Source of the DNA: a virus
Taxonomy: Duplodnaviria > Caudoviricetes
Reading direction: 5' to 3' (one strand)
IMG/VR virus record: IMGVR_UViG_3300020043_003051
Location: 1 to 44,923 of that record
Length of the DNA stretch: 44,923 bases
The notes under the pieces were generated by a model. The model saw only the letters and a list, made by a program, of their open reading frames with translations, was not told the origin of the DNA and searched no databases. A program made the position numbers and the translations under genes. Positions within the stretch are counted from its first letter, which is position 1; the number at the start of each line of letters is the position of its first letter. Positions 1-10,342 of the stretch are shown piece by piece.

Positions 1-1
1 C

Positions 2-901
2 GGGCAGGTTATGTGTTCTTTCACCCCCCTCAAAGGTATGTCAGGACTTGTTCGCAGATTCTGGGACAAAATTGAAGGATACACCCATGTCCGTGTGACT
101 TGGGATGATGTGCCTTTTGTGAATGAGTGGGGCGAGAAGTTTTTCAGCCAAGAAGAGCGGGATCAACTAAGCCGAGACTTTATGCCTTGGGAGCGAGATT
201 GCCGTATGAAAGGTATTCCATTGGTAGGCAAAGGCGTGGTGTTTCCCTTGCTTGAATGGCCTACTTACAAGAGCATTGATGTTGACCTCAAGTCCAATGA
301 AAAGATGGAACGTCTTATTTCTTTTGACTTGGGTATCAAAAACGACCCGACAGTTATCAGTTTCTTCTTCCGAGATCCAGTTGAAGAAATTATCTATTTG
401 CACAAGCAAATTAAGATTGCCCAAGGTGAAACCCCAGACGAATATGTTCATTTCTTAATGGACAGGGAAACCAAAGGCGTTCCTATTGCTTTGCCACATG
501 ATGCTACCCAAGCAGGGCGGTATACTCTGACCGAACAGTCCGTCAGAGAAGTATTTGAAGACAATTATGGACTTAATTGCATCTCTGGTGCTATATTGAA
601 CCCTGTAAACGACCAAGGTAAGGTAACTAACCACAAGTCTTACGGAATCAATATAATGCGGGTAGGAATGGAACGTGGTACGTTTATGATTAACGAATCA
701 TGCGTTGAATTCCTTGATGAGGCAAGAAATTATGCTATTGACGATGCTGGAAGGTTTAGTGATCCTGATGATCATATCGACTCTGCCCGTATTGGCATAC
801 TTGCACTTATTCAAGGACATGGCGAATCATTGGTTAGCAGGGCAAATACTTTCCAATACAGAAGACCTCCAGCTGTTGATGGAAAAGTACAAAGGATCTA
901 A
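2..901 (+). CDS. terL: Terminase large subunit, C-terminal part (5' truncated by window edge)
   Basis: Frame open from the window start; SFTPLKG coupling-motif region, RNase H-like ISFDLG...DPT, C-terminal DDHIDSAR; directly upstream of portal. Confidence 0.9.
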   Translation, partial: GQVMCSFTPLKGMSGLVRRFWDKIEGYTHVRVTWDDVPFVNEWGEKFFSQEERDQLSRDFMPWERDCRMKGIPLVGKGVVFPLLEWPTYKSIDVDLKSNEKMERLISFDLGIKNDPTVISFFFRDPVEEIIYLHKQIKIAQGETPDEYVHFLMDRETKGVPIALPHDATQAGRYTLTEQSVREVFEDNYGLNCISGAILNPVNDQGKVTNHKSYGINIMRVGMERGTFMINESCVEFLDEARNYAIDDAGRFSDPDDHIDSARIGILALIQGHGESLVSRANTFQYRRPPAVDGKVQRI

Positions 902-903
902 AA

Positions 904-3075
904 ATGTTGGATAAACAAAATATTATTGTTGAGTACATTGAAGCACCTGCTGGCAACAAAGGAATCGTATTCCAAGTCGCCCATGAGGTTTACCTCAAAA
1001 TGGTGGATTATCTTCGGTTGACTCAGGCAAAGAACACATTTAACCGTTTATCCGATTACCATTATCTGAATATTGCTGTTAGCAACTCCACTGAACCAAT
1101 TCGTGGTATTGACTATATTCACCCTGTGGTCACACCAGGCGTGGACTACGCTACAGCCATTATCACCAAATGCCTGATGCCTAATGGCAAGGTTAACTTT
1201 GAGTTTGAGCGTTTTAGTGAAGCCGACAGCGAACAAGCTGTTCAAGCCACCGAAATGGTCAAGTACATGGTTAACTCCAAGAATGATTCTTATGCAATTA
1301 TTCGTGATTGGGCACAAGATTCACTGCTGCACAAAAACGGCATTGTTATGGTTTCGCCAGTGCGTGAACCCATTACTCAGTACAAAGAAGTTGAAGGCAC
1401 AAAAGACCAACTTCGTGTGTTTGAGACAATGGCAGCTGAAAAAGGTCTGACTGTTAAACGCCAAAACATGAGGCGCATTGACGTTGACTTGCAAGGCGTG
1501 ATGCAGGAAATGATGACACCTGAAGAAGGTGAATCAGCGCCTAGTAGCCCACAAGAAGAAATGGATGAGGCCATCAAGGCCAACACCATTTACAAAGCCA
1601 AGTACAAGATGACTGGCTTTTCAACTTCTGTAAAGATCAAGCACGTTGCCCAACATTACTTTGTTTGCAACCCCACAATTCCCAATATTCAAGATCAAGA
1701 CTTTGTTGGTTTCTATGACCCAATGACTTTGCATGAATGTAAGGCTCAATTCCCTTACATTGATATTGAGAAGATGGCTGATCACGCTGCTTATGGACCT
1801 GCGGGTGCTTATCAAGCTGGCGCATTGGAAAACGATCTTGCGCTTCATGCTCGTGACTCTACCCCCGTGCCTGGTCAAGGCGTAATTGCCTCTGCTGGCG
1901 CTGACCGATACAGCCGAGTGGTGATGTTGACCACCGCTTGGATTCGCAAAGACGTAGACAATGATGGCGAAGAAGAGATCGTAGAAGTTTGCTTCTCAGG
2001 CTCTTATGTTCTGTATGTTAAAGAAGTGGATTTTATTCCTTTGGCGGCTATGTGCCCCAAGCCAATTACAGGCAACTTTTTTGGTTACTCACTTGCTGAA
2101 CGCCTTGTTCCTATGCAGGAATATGCAACGAGTATTGCCCGTGCTGAGATGGCGTTTGCTATGCAATCGTCAACACCTCGCATTGGTGTAAATCCTGAGT
2201 TTATGGATGCTGAAGAAATTCAGCGTTGCGTATCTGCAATGTTCATTTTGGATCGCAAGTTTGATCCTAACAAGCACGTTTTCCAGTTCCAACCTATGCA
2301 AGGCAACCTTGCTTATGTTGAGTCATCTATGCAACGATTTGAAGCCGACAAAATGGCAATGATTGGCATGACAAGCCCTGGTGATGTGCTGAATCCTGAA
2401 GTAATGAAGGATGGCAACAGTGGCTTTAAGTTGCAATTGGCTATGGGTCCCAACCAGCTCATCCAAGATGAAATGGTCAAGAACTGCGCCATTGGTTTGC
2501 GGGATGTTTTGTATATTGTTTGGAAAACCCTGATTCAATATGCAGACGATTACAACATTCAGCAGTTGGCTGGTGTGTGCGGTAAAGGCAAGCCATTTAT
2601 GGATGCCATCTCAATGAATAACTATGAGTTTATTGACCGCAAACTGATTAATATTGATTTGGCTTTGGGCTTCTTATCTGATGAGAACCGCCTGACCCGC
2701 CAACAGTTAATTGGTCAAGCTCAACAGCAATTTACTGCTTTGTTAGGTCAATTAGACCCAAGCGTACCTGAGTTGTTTGCCAAGGTTCGCCGCCCATTTG
2801 AAGACACTTTGCGTGTTTTGGGTGTTAAAGATGTGGACGCATATTTGCCTACTTTGGAAGAAGCAGGTAGAGTGGCGGCATCTAAAGCTGAACAAGGTCC
2901 AAGTGCCGAGCAGAAAGAAGTTCAATCTAAGGTTGATTTAAATAATGCCAAGGTTGAAGAATCTAAAACTGTATCTGCATTGAATATGAAAAAAGCGCAA
3001 GATATTGACACAGACGATATGTTTGAGGCAATTGCGGCAAAAAGAGGTAAACTTAGCTCAGTACAGATTGATTAA
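904..3075 (+). CDS. Portal protein (P22-like, 723 aa)
   Basis: Size, position after TerL, WAQDSLLHKNGIV and FFGYSLAERLVPMQ segments, Q-rich helical C-terminus. Confidence 0.88.
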   Translation: MLDKQNIIVEYIEAPAGNKGIVFQVAHEVYLKMVDYLRLTQAKNTFNRLSDYHYLNIAVSNSTEPIRGIDYIHPVVTPGVDYATAIITKCLMPNGKVNFEFERFSEADSEQAVQATEMVKYMVNSKNDSYAIIRDWAQDSLLHKNGIVMVSPVREPITQYKEVEGTKDQLRVFETMAAEKGLTVKRQNMRRIDVDLQGVMQEMMTPEEGESAPSSPQEEMDEAIKANTIYKAKYKMTGFSTSVKIKHVAQHYFVCNPTIPNIQDQDFVGFYDPMTLHECKAQFPYIDIEKMADHAAYGPAGAYQAGALENDLALHARDSTPVPGQGVIASAGADRYSRVVMLTTAWIRKDVDNDGEEEIVEVCFSGSYVLYVKEVDFIPLAAMCPKPITGNFFGYSLAERLVPMQEYATSIARAEMAFAMQSSTPRIGVNPEFMDAEEIQRCVSAMFILDRKFDPNKHVFQFQPMQGNLAYVESSMQRFEADKMAMIGMTSPGDVLNPEVMKDGNSGFKLQLAMGPNQLIQDEMVKNCAIGLRDVLYIVWKTLIQYADDYNIQQLAGVCGKGKPFMDAISMNNYEFIDRKLINIDLALGFLSDENRLTRQQLIGQAQQQFTALLGQLDPSVPELFAKVRRPFEDTLRVLGVKDVDAYLPTLEEAGRVAASKAEQGPSAEQKEVQSKVDLNNAKVEESKTVSALNMKKAQDIDTDDMFEAIAAKRGKLSSVQID

Positions 3076-3083
3076 GGATTGAA

Positions 3084-3428
3084 ATGGATAGAATTGAATT
3101 GAAAAGCCTAGTATTGAATATCAGAAATTATTTTAATAGACGCACCCGCATTGCGGATGCAAGCAAGGAGGCAGATGTAACTCGTAGAACTCTAGTTATT
3201 GAAAATGGGGACTGTGCGTCCCGCCTTATGAAGAATGAGGATTTTGCACTAATGTTTAACCTGTATAGGTTTGACTTGCTGAGTCGGCTAGAAGAATGTC
3301 GAACTGACCCAGAACGTATTGAAAACGCATTTAATGTTGCTGGAGTCCGAGATTTCATTGGCTTTGTTGAAAAGACAGAATATCTTGGAAAAGTGGCACA
3401 AAAATCAACACTTAACCAAAAAGAGTAA
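3084..3428 (+). CDS. Small head-module protein, hypothetical
   Basis: Lies between portal and scaffold; start may be TTG at 3099. Confidence 0.7.
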   Translation: MDRIELKSLVLNIRNYFNRRTRIADASKEADVTRRTLVIENGDCASRLMKNEDFALMFNLYRFDLLSRLEECRTDPERIENAFNVAGVRDFIGFVEKTEYLGKVAQKSTLNQKE

Positions 3429-3431
3429 ACT

Positions 3432-4544
3432 ATGTCAGACGTAATCACAGATGTGACCGCCCCTGAGCAAACTGGTATGGCGAATCCCGCCGATGCTATC
3501 GCTGCCATGATTGCCGCTAACAAGCGTAACAATCCGCAACCCGACAGCAGTTCACCATTACCAGCAGGACAAGAGGCTAACCCCTCCCCTGAGGCGGCTC
3601 CTGAAGAGGTAGCCGAACCTGAAGATGGTATTGATATTGGTTCAGAAACTGACAGTTCTGAAGATGACGCTGAGGCCACCGATGGTGTAACCGATGCAGT
3701 TAACTTCTTGGAATTTGCAGAGCAGAATCCTGATATGTTATGGAGAATTCCCAATAAGGATGCCGAAGGTGGCTTTATTGAGATTCCTGTATCTAAGGCG
3801 GCTGCTATTTTGGGTCAAGGCAGTGCTATCCATGAAAATGCTCGCAAGCTTAAAGCTGAACGAGCCGATTTTGAAGAGTTTGAGACTAAAAGACGAAATG
3901 AACTCGATGGATTGCAGATTGGTTTAGAGCTAACAATTGTTCCTCAGTTGCAAACTGCTGCTGATGAGCTAGTTACTCTTCAACAATATAACCAGCAATG
4001 GGAGCAGATCTATCAGAACACTTCTGATCCAGCTCAAAAGAGTCAGGCTGAAGCGGCTATCCGCCAGAATGCTCAATTGATCGAGGAAAAGTCGGAGTTT
4101 ATTAAGTCTAATCGTCCTAGAGTTGACCAGTTCTATCAGCACAGGTCTGCCCTTGTCCAAGAAACCTTGGAAAAAGCAAGGCAGTCATTTTCTGACAAAG
4201 AGTTGGCTAACAAGGCAAACTTTACTGAACTTAGAGATAAGCTAAGTAAAGAGTGGAAAGGTGCAAACGGAGCGTTTGTCCCTGGTGTACCAAACATTGA
4301 TTTGGTCAGCAGTGATGAATATCTTTTGGGTCTGATTCGGGATGGTATGAAGTTCCGTGAAGGTCCAAAGATTAAAAATGCTGGTGGATCTCTGGCTGCG
4401 GCTAGTAGACCAGTGGCAAAAGCTAAGACAGCACCCGACAACGAGGTCGAGAAACTTCAGAAACAGGCAAAGTCTGGCGATAAGAATGCGGCTCGGGATC
4501 TTTTAGCAACCATGCTTGCTGCAAACAAACAGCGCAAGCGTTAA
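3432..4544 (+). CDS. Capsid scaffolding protein
   Basis: Acidic disordered N-terminus, coiled-coil middle, basic C-terminus; precedes MCP. Confidence 0.8.
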   Translation: MSDVITDVTAPEQTGMANPADAIAAMIAANKRNNPQPDSSSPLPAGQEANPSPEAAPEEVAEPEDGIDIGSETDSSEDDAEATDGVTDAVNFLEFAEQNPDMLWRIPNKDAEGGFIEIPVSKAAAILGQGSAIHENARKLKAERADFEEFETKRRNELDGLQIGLELTIVPQLQTAADELVTLQQYNQQWEQIYQNTSDPAQKSQAEAAIRQNAQLIEEKSEFIKSNRPRVDQFYQHRSALVQETLEKARQSFSDKELANKANFTELRDKLSKEWKGANGAFVPGVPNIDLVSSDEYLLGLIRDGMKFREGPKIKNAGGSLAAASRPVAKAKTAPDNEVEKLQKQAKSGDKNAARDLLATMLAANKQRKR

Positions 4545-4559
4545 TTCAGGAGTCTTAAA

Positions 4560-5726
4560 ATGGCAACCATTACATCTGCAAACCTTGGTAACGGCAACGG
4601 CTCGTATACCACCGACATCGTGGTCAAAGACCTCGATATGACTGTCTCTAACTATGTTAAAGACCGTACCCCATTGACCAACATGGCAATGAGCAAAAAG
4701 CGCAAAGTGAACTCCACTCTGCACATTTGGCCCGTTGACTACTATCGCACACCAGCCTTGAACGCCAAGCTGGAAGGCGCTGCTGTTTCAGCCTCTGCCG
4801 CTGACAGCAACACCCGTGCTAACTGTGGTAACTACACACAGATTTTCACCACTGTGATCGGTGCTACTGGTACTGCTCGTGCTGTTGAACAAGCTGGTGG
4901 TGACCCACAAGCCTATCAAGAAGTCAAGCAATTGACTGAGATCATGTTTGACGTTGAACTGCAAATGGTTCGTGCTGACGGTGCTTCTATCAAGTACTCT
5001 GGTCAAGCAGGTACTCAGCCTTCTGGTTCTACAACAACCAACTCTGGTCGTCGTTTTGGTTCTTTGTACTCTTTTGCAGGTACACGTTCTGGCAATGACA
5101 CCGATGGCACTTCAGTGTTGAACTTGGCTACTAGCGATGGTAATGACGTTACTTCAGCTACGGCTACCAACCAACCTTTCAATGGTTTGTTGAGCAATGC
5201 TGGTTTGGGTTACTTCACTTTCGCAAGTGGCGTGACTTTGCAACAGTTCAGCCCTTACTTGTACAAGCAATTGGTTACCACTGCTGAGCAGCGTTTCAAT
5301 GCCAAGATTACTAACATGGTTGTTCCTACTTCCATGCGTACTCATATCTCTGACATGATGCCTACCAGCCGTACTATCAACCGTTTCAACCCTGCTGACA
5401 AGGGTGACACGATTGGTACTTACGAGGGTGACTTCAACTACACCTACCAGATCGATGACTCATGGGTTATGGACCAAACTGGCGCAGATAACACTTCTGC
5501 CCTGTTCCTGAACCCTGACGTTATTCAGTGGGGTTCTTTGCGTGAACTCGGTCCTAACAATGAAGTCTTCAGCTCTGCTGACGCTTCTTTGGACCAGTAC
5601 ATCATGGAAGGCACATTGATTGTGCGTAACCCAGCTGGTGTTGCTGTGTTGGCTGCTATCAGCCCAACTGGTGCGGCTGTGACTGCTCCTCGTGCATCCA
5701 CACAAGTTCAGCGTTACCTGAGCTGA
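4560..5726 (+). CDS. Major capsid protein (SU10/DUF5309-like)
   Basis: Strong RBS, biased codon use, RTPL..MA, EG....A, NYTQIF motifs; followed by terminator. Confidence 0.9.
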   Translation: MATITSANLGNGNGSYTTDIVVKDLDMTVSNYVKDRTPLTNMAMSKKRKVNSTLHIWPVDYYRTPALNAKLEGAAVSASAADSNTRANCGNYTQIFTTVIGATGTARAVEQAGGDPQAYQEVKQLTEIMFDVELQMVRADGASIKYSGQAGTQPSGSTTTNSGRRFGSLYSFAGTRSGNDTDGTSVLNLATSDGNDVTSATATNQPFNGLLSNAGLGYFTFASGVTLQQFSPYLYKQLVTTAEQRFNAKITNMVVPTSMRTHISDMMPTSRTINRFNPADKGDTIGTYEGDFNYTYQIDDSWVMDQTGADNTSALFLNPDVIQWGSLRELGPNNEVFSSADASLDQYIMEGTLIVRNPAGVAVLAAISPTGAAVTAPRASTQVQRYLS

Positions 5727-5731
5727 TAATT

Positions 5732-5775
5732 GCCCTTCGGGGCTTTTCTGAAGAGGCTCCTTACGGGGCTTCTTT
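5732..5775 (+). terminator. Tandem hairpins after MCP
   Basis: GCCC-TTCG-GGGC-TTTT, then GAAGAGGCTCC-TTAC-GGGGCTTCTTT. Confidence 0.8.
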
Positions 5776-5796
5776 GGTAAAGCATGGAGAAACGCA

Positions 5797-6288
5797 ATGG
5801 ATGACGATATTAAGATTAACGAAGAGTACTATTCCAAAGGAATTTTGGAAGGTGGCATTGATGGTGTTTTCCGCCACAATGACAAGCTTTTCAATGAAGT
5901 GAAATCTGGTACTTGGTCACAAACTTTCAAAACCCCCAACATTGATTACAAAGTTGGCGCTATTGATGGGAACAGATATGTTCAGTATGACCAAAAGAAT
6001 GTCGAAATCATTCGTGAGATGTGCAAAGAACGGCGTGAGTTTTACAAAGAGCATGGTACTGATAATCCATTCTTTGCGGGTACAGCCCACATGATGGAGT
6101 TGCCCAAGTGCTTTGCCCATGAAATCAGCTCCAAGTGGTTTAACAACCGCCCTTGGGAACTAATTAAGCGAGATCGTGAGGATAAGATCCTTTTTTATGC
6201 TATTGTGAACGAATATTACAGCGATTTTGTTTGTCACCCTAGCGGAAAGATTCCAATTCCTTATAATCCATCTATACCGACAAGATAA
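5797..6288 (+). CDS. Hypothetical protein (163 aa)
   Basis: GGAG RBS; in structural operon. Confidence 0.75.
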   Translation: MDDDIKINEEYYSKGILEGGIDGVFRHNDKLFNEVKSGTWSQTFKTPNIDYKVGAIDGNRYVQYDQKNVEIIREMCKERREFYKEHGTDNPFFAGTAHMMELPKCFAHEISSKWFNNRPWELIKRDREDKILFYAIVNEYYSDFVCHPSGKIPIPYNPSIPTR

Positions 6289-6296
6289 GGTCAAAA

Positions 6297-7286
6297 ATGG
6301 CAGCTCTGTTTATTCAATCTGGAAACGCTTTGGTAAGCCGAGTCGCCAATTGGGTTGGTGCTGTTCCTAGTGCTTTAAGCATTACGCTTACAGGTTCTAC
6401 AGGTGGTTATTACAATACTCTGACCCCTTCCGCCAATCCTATGGGTTTGGTAGTGCCTGGTGACTTTATCGGTCCAAGCACCATGCTTCCCTACACGGTA
6501 GTCATCTCAGTAACTTCTACAGAAATCCTAGTTTGTGATCCTGATGGTGTTTGGGCTAACCCAACTTACCCAGCAACTATTTTGAAATTGCCATCACAAT
6601 CTTCAATGGAGATTATGACTAGCATTCAAAACGCTGAAATGGCTATGCGGGTTATTGAGTTACCTGCTTTGCGTAGTGACCCATATAACCCACTAACACC
6701 TTCTGTTTTGATTACAGATTCTCAAGGTATGTCAGACATTCCAACTGACATGAATTGGCCTATTCTGTTTTTCCAAGAGTCACAGCCATCTAACCAACCA
6801 GCTACTGGTAACAGTCTTGGTCCTTGGATTGTTTATGACCGAGTTGGTGATCGTGAGATTATTCGTAGACGAATGATTGACCAGTTGTACATCCGCCCAT
6901 TTGGTGTGCCAAGGGTTATCCGAGCTTCATTCTCTGAAGTTGGTGGTCGTTATGTGTTTACGCCAAACCCTGGTGAAAACGTCATTATCAAAGCCTATTA
7001 TCAAAGATCTTACAAGTTGTTATTCTCACCAACAAATGACACTTTTGATCCTATTGTGCAGAACAATGAAGTCTTGGCTTCTTTCCCTGAAGGCTACTTG
7101 TATAGCACTTTGTCTGCATACTATGACAAGAACAAAAATACAGATGAAGCTCAAAAATGGAAAGCCCGATTTGATGACGCTTATGGTCTAATTGAAGATC
7201 AGAATTTCAAAGATAAATGGCGTGGCGGTGACCAACATTTAACTTCAGAATTTCAACCTAGAAACTATAGATACAGTTTCAAGTAA
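6297..7286 (+). CDS. Head-tail adaptor protein
   Basis: Position; FTPNP, N.VL..FPEGYLYSTL and A.KW..RF motifs typical of podovirus adaptors. Confidence 0.7.
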   Translation: MAALFIQSGNALVSRVANWVGAVPSALSITLTGSTGGYYNTLTPSANPMGLVVPGDFIGPSTMLPYTVVISVTSTEILVCDPDGVWANPTYPATILKLPSQSSMEIMTSIQNAEMAMRVIELPALRSDPYNPLTPSVLITDSQGMSDIPTDMNWPILFFQESQPSNQPATGNSLGPWIVYDRVGDREIIRRRMIDQLYIRPFGVPRVIRASFSEVGGRYVFTPNPGENVIIKAYYQRSYKLLFSPTNDTFDPIVQNNEVLASFPEGYLYSTLSAYYDKNKNTDEAQKWKARFDDAYGLIEDQNFKDKWRGGDQHLTSEFQPRNYRYSFK

Positions 7287-7295
7287 GGAAAATAT

Positions 7296-9419
7296 ATGTC
7301 AATCGGAAATTTGTTTGGTACTGGCGGTGAATCTAATAGTTTGTATGGCACTTCACTAGCAAGTGGTGGCTCTATTCCTCCTTCATCTTTCATTTACTTT
7401 GAATGGTTTATTTTTAAGGCATCTACTGGTCAGCCAGCAACACCAACTGGTGGCTCATGGGATTTCTTAACTAATACAGGCGTTCCTCCAACAGGTTGGT
7501 CAAGCACTGTTAATGGTGTTCCTGCAAATAATTTGTGGTTTTCTGTTGCTTTTGTTGATTCACGCAATCCAACAAACATTGTTTGGTCAACAACCTCATT
7601 AATTTCTGCCGCCACTTCTGTTTATGCTACTGCTTATGCAGATACCTTTACAGGAACAGGATCCACAACATCATGGACATTGTCAGCAGATCCAGTTACT
7701 GTTAACAATCTTGATGTAAGTATTAATGGTGTTACTCAAACTCCAGTTACGGATTACACAATTGCAGGAACATTATTTACAACAACAACTGCTGCTCCAC
7801 TTGGTTCAATAATTCTTGTTAAATATCGACAAGCATTGCCAAATTCATATTACGGTTCAGCAAGCAATGTTCAATACACACCTGCTGGCACTGGTGCTGT
7901 TGCAACTACCGTTCAAACAAAATTACGACAAACTGTAAGTGTTAAAGATTTTGGTGCAGTTGGTGATGGAGTCACCAATGATGCTTCTGCTATTCAATTA
8001 GCATTTAATACAGGAAGTTCAATTTACTTTCCACAAGGCACATATTACGTTGGTTCAACAATCCTTACTTTGCCACAAAATGTTGTGGTTTATGGTGATG
8101 GCGCAAGTAGTATTGTTTTAGGTAATGGCGCTAATCCTGTAATGGTCTTAACAGGAACATCAGGCACTCATAAATCTAATTTGGTTTTGCGTGACTTGAC
8201 TATTAAACGTACAAATGGTGTTTATACAAGTAGCAGACAACTGGTTGAATTTACCTACGCTGACGATTGTTTTATTCAAAACATAATTTTTGATGGCGAC
8301 ATTGCTACTAGCGCATACCCTGGCAGTTTTATTGGTTACAGCGTAAACCGTTTAACAATTGATAGTTGCAACTTTGTTAATGGTGCAAGTTGCCAATTGA
8401 CATCTTATGGAGTTTTGTCTGCAAACCCTTGGTCTGATGAATGCGTTATTCGTAATTGCTACAGAGCGCCAGCAGCAACACAAGGTTTTAACTTTTACTA
8501 TGTCAAAAATCTTATTGTTGATGGTTGCACAGCGGCAGGTAGTACATCCACATATGGTTGTGGTTTTATTATTGAATATGAAGCTTTAAACATCACATTT
8601 ACAAATTGCATTTCGTTTGGTCACACTCGATCTGGTTTTTATTACGAACCAAGTGTAGCTTACGGAATTTCAAATGTTTCATTGAGCAATTGCACTGCGT
8701 ACTCCAACGGAGAAACTGGTCTTTATGCCCAAAACATTTACCGCATCAACGTAACTGGCGGTGCTTATCACAGCACTTTGTCTACGTTTGGCGGTGACTA
8801 CGGTGGCATTGCAATTCACAACGGCCAAGACCTTGCCATTACTGGCGCTCAAATTTTTAGCAATCAAGGTTTTGGAATCTTTTTAGATGGTGGACAAAGT
8901 TATTCTATTTCTGGAAACTTTTTTAACAATAACAATGGACCTGCCATTAAAATTGGGAATTCACCTGCAACAGTCGGTGTTCAACTAGTTGGAAATACTT
9001 TTTTAAGTAATATCAGCACTGTTAGTGGATGGGTTGAAAACTCTACTGGACAATGGATCAACGGTCCTTGGGTTTCATATACACCAACCGTTTACTCGAA
9101 TGATGGAACGACAACTGTTGCAATTACTAACTCATCAATTAAGTACAAATTAATTGGTAGCGTGTGCCATGTTGAAGGTTATTTTGAAGTAACTGGTTCA
9201 GCGGCAAACAGCACTATGTATTTCACAACACCATTTACTGGTGATTGGATTGGCGGTACAACTGCAAGTGCATTAATTATGCGTGGCACAGCTTTTGGCA
9301 ACTCATCAGGCATCAAACCTATTGATGGTCGTTATTACAATGGTCGTTTAAGCATTGTAGGCATGGCAGTTGGTGACACGCAGATTAAATTTACAGCGGC
9401 TTATGACGTTGCAGTTTAA
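7296..9419 (+). CDS. Tailspike/tail fibre with pectate-lyase-like beta-helix
   Basis: VSVKDFGAVGDGVTNDASAIQ...YFPQGTY motif and beta-helix repeats. Confidence 0.85.
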   Translation: MSIGNLFGTGGESNSLYGTSLASGGSIPPSSFIYFEWFIFKASTGQPATPTGGSWDFLTNTGVPPTGWSSTVNGVPANNLWFSVAFVDSRNPTNIVWSTTSLISAATSVYATAYADTFTGTGSTTSWTLSADPVTVNNLDVSINGVTQTPVTDYTIAGTLFTTTTAAPLGSIILVKYRQALPNSYYGSASNVQYTPAGTGAVATTVQTKLRQTVSVKDFGAVGDGVTNDASAIQLAFNTGSSIYFPQGTYYVGSTILTLPQNVVVYGDGASSIVLGNGANPVMVLTGTSGTHKSNLVLRDLTIKRTNGVYTSSRQLVEFTYADDCFIQNIIFDGDIATSAYPGSFIGYSVNRLTIDSCNFVNGASCQLTSYGVLSANPWSDECVIRNCYRAPAATQGFNFYYVKNLIVDGCTAAGSTSTYGCGFIIEYEALNITFTNCISFGHTRSGFYYEPSVAYGISNVSLSNCTAYSNGETGLYAQNIYRINVTGGAYHSTLSTFGGDYGGIAIHNGQDLAITGAQIFSNQGFGIFLDGGQSYSISGNFFNNNNGPAIKIGNSPATVGVQLVGNTFLSNISTVSGWVENSTGQWINGPWVSYTPTVYSNDGTTTVAITNSSIKYKLIGSVCHVEGYFEVTGSAANSTMYFTTPFTGDWIGGTTASALIMRGTAFGNSSGIKPIDGRYYNGRLSIVGMAVGDTQIKFTAAYDVAV

Positions 9420-9421
9420 GC

Positions 9422-10333
9422 ATGGCTAATAGCAAAATATCAGCACTGACCTCCGCTACCACGCCACTGGCGGGTACGGAGACTTTGCCTGTTGTTCAAA
9501 GTGGCACAACCAAACAAGTATCGGTTGCTAACCTGACTGCGGGTCGTGCGGTATCTGCGGCATCGTTGGCATTGACAACTTCGCCTTTACCCGCAACTAG
9601 CGGTGGCACAGGAACAGCCACAGCTTTTACTTCGGGATCGGTAATTTTTGCTGGCGCTTCTGGTGTTTACTCTCAAGACAACACAAACTTTTTTTGGGAT
9701 GACGCAAACAATCGTTTGGGTCTTGGAACTTCAACTCCTGCGACTGGGTTTCATCTTTTTAACACTACAGCTCGACCATTTACTGCTGGAAATTTTTCAG
9801 CAACTTGGAGTTTTGGTCAAACGGGCGCTAACTTTGCATTTCGTGAAAATAGTTCGGGTAGTGATTTTGTTAGTATTGATGGAAACAATGGCAACACAAC
9901 AGTTGGCGTAGGCAATCTAATCATTGGCACATCTGGCAAAGGCATCGATTTTTCTGCCACATCAGGTTCAGGAACAAGTGAGTTGTTTGCTGACTATGAA
10001 GAAGGCACTTGGACACCTGTGGGAAACGGAATCACGTATTCAAGCGCAAGCGGAACATATACTAAAGTTGGAAGACAAGTTGTAGTTGTCGCAAAAGTAG
10101 TTTTTCCCACAACGGCAAACACAAGCCGACCGCAGTTACAAGGATTACCTTTTACTACTGGATCGCTAGACTACACGCCAGAAATTTTTCAAGGAATGGC
10201 AACACCAATTACAGGGCTTGCGTACACTGGAACTACTTTTATTGAGTTGTATTATTACGCTGATACGCCTGTTTTGAGAAACTCTAATTTAAGTGGGCAG
10301 ACCATTCGCCTCCAAATGACTTATTTTGTTTAA
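9422..10333 (+). CDS. Tail fibre-associated protein
   Basis: G/T/S-rich; KISALT N-terminus; DYEEGTWTP...YTKVGRQV C-terminal domain. Confidence 0.7.
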   Translation: MANSKISALTSATTPLAGTETLPVVQSGTTKQVSVANLTAGRAVSAASLALTTSPLPATSGGTGTATAFTSGSVIFAGASGVYSQDNTNFFWDDANNRLGLGTSTPATGFHLFNTTARPFTAGNFSATWSFGQTGANFAFRENSSGSDFVSIDGNNGNTTVGVGNLIIGTSGKGIDFSATSGSGTSELFADYEEGTWTPVGNGITYSSASGTYTKVGRQVVVVAKVVFPTTANTSRPQLQGLPFTTGSLDYTPEIFQGMATPITGLAYTGTTFIELYYYADTPVLRNSNLSGQTIRLQMTYFV

Positions 10334-10342
10334 GGACAAATC

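Noticed and set aside
3128-3754. 208-aa antisense ORF
   Set aside because: Shadow of scaffold and upstream genes; Ser-rich composition expected from the sense codon bias
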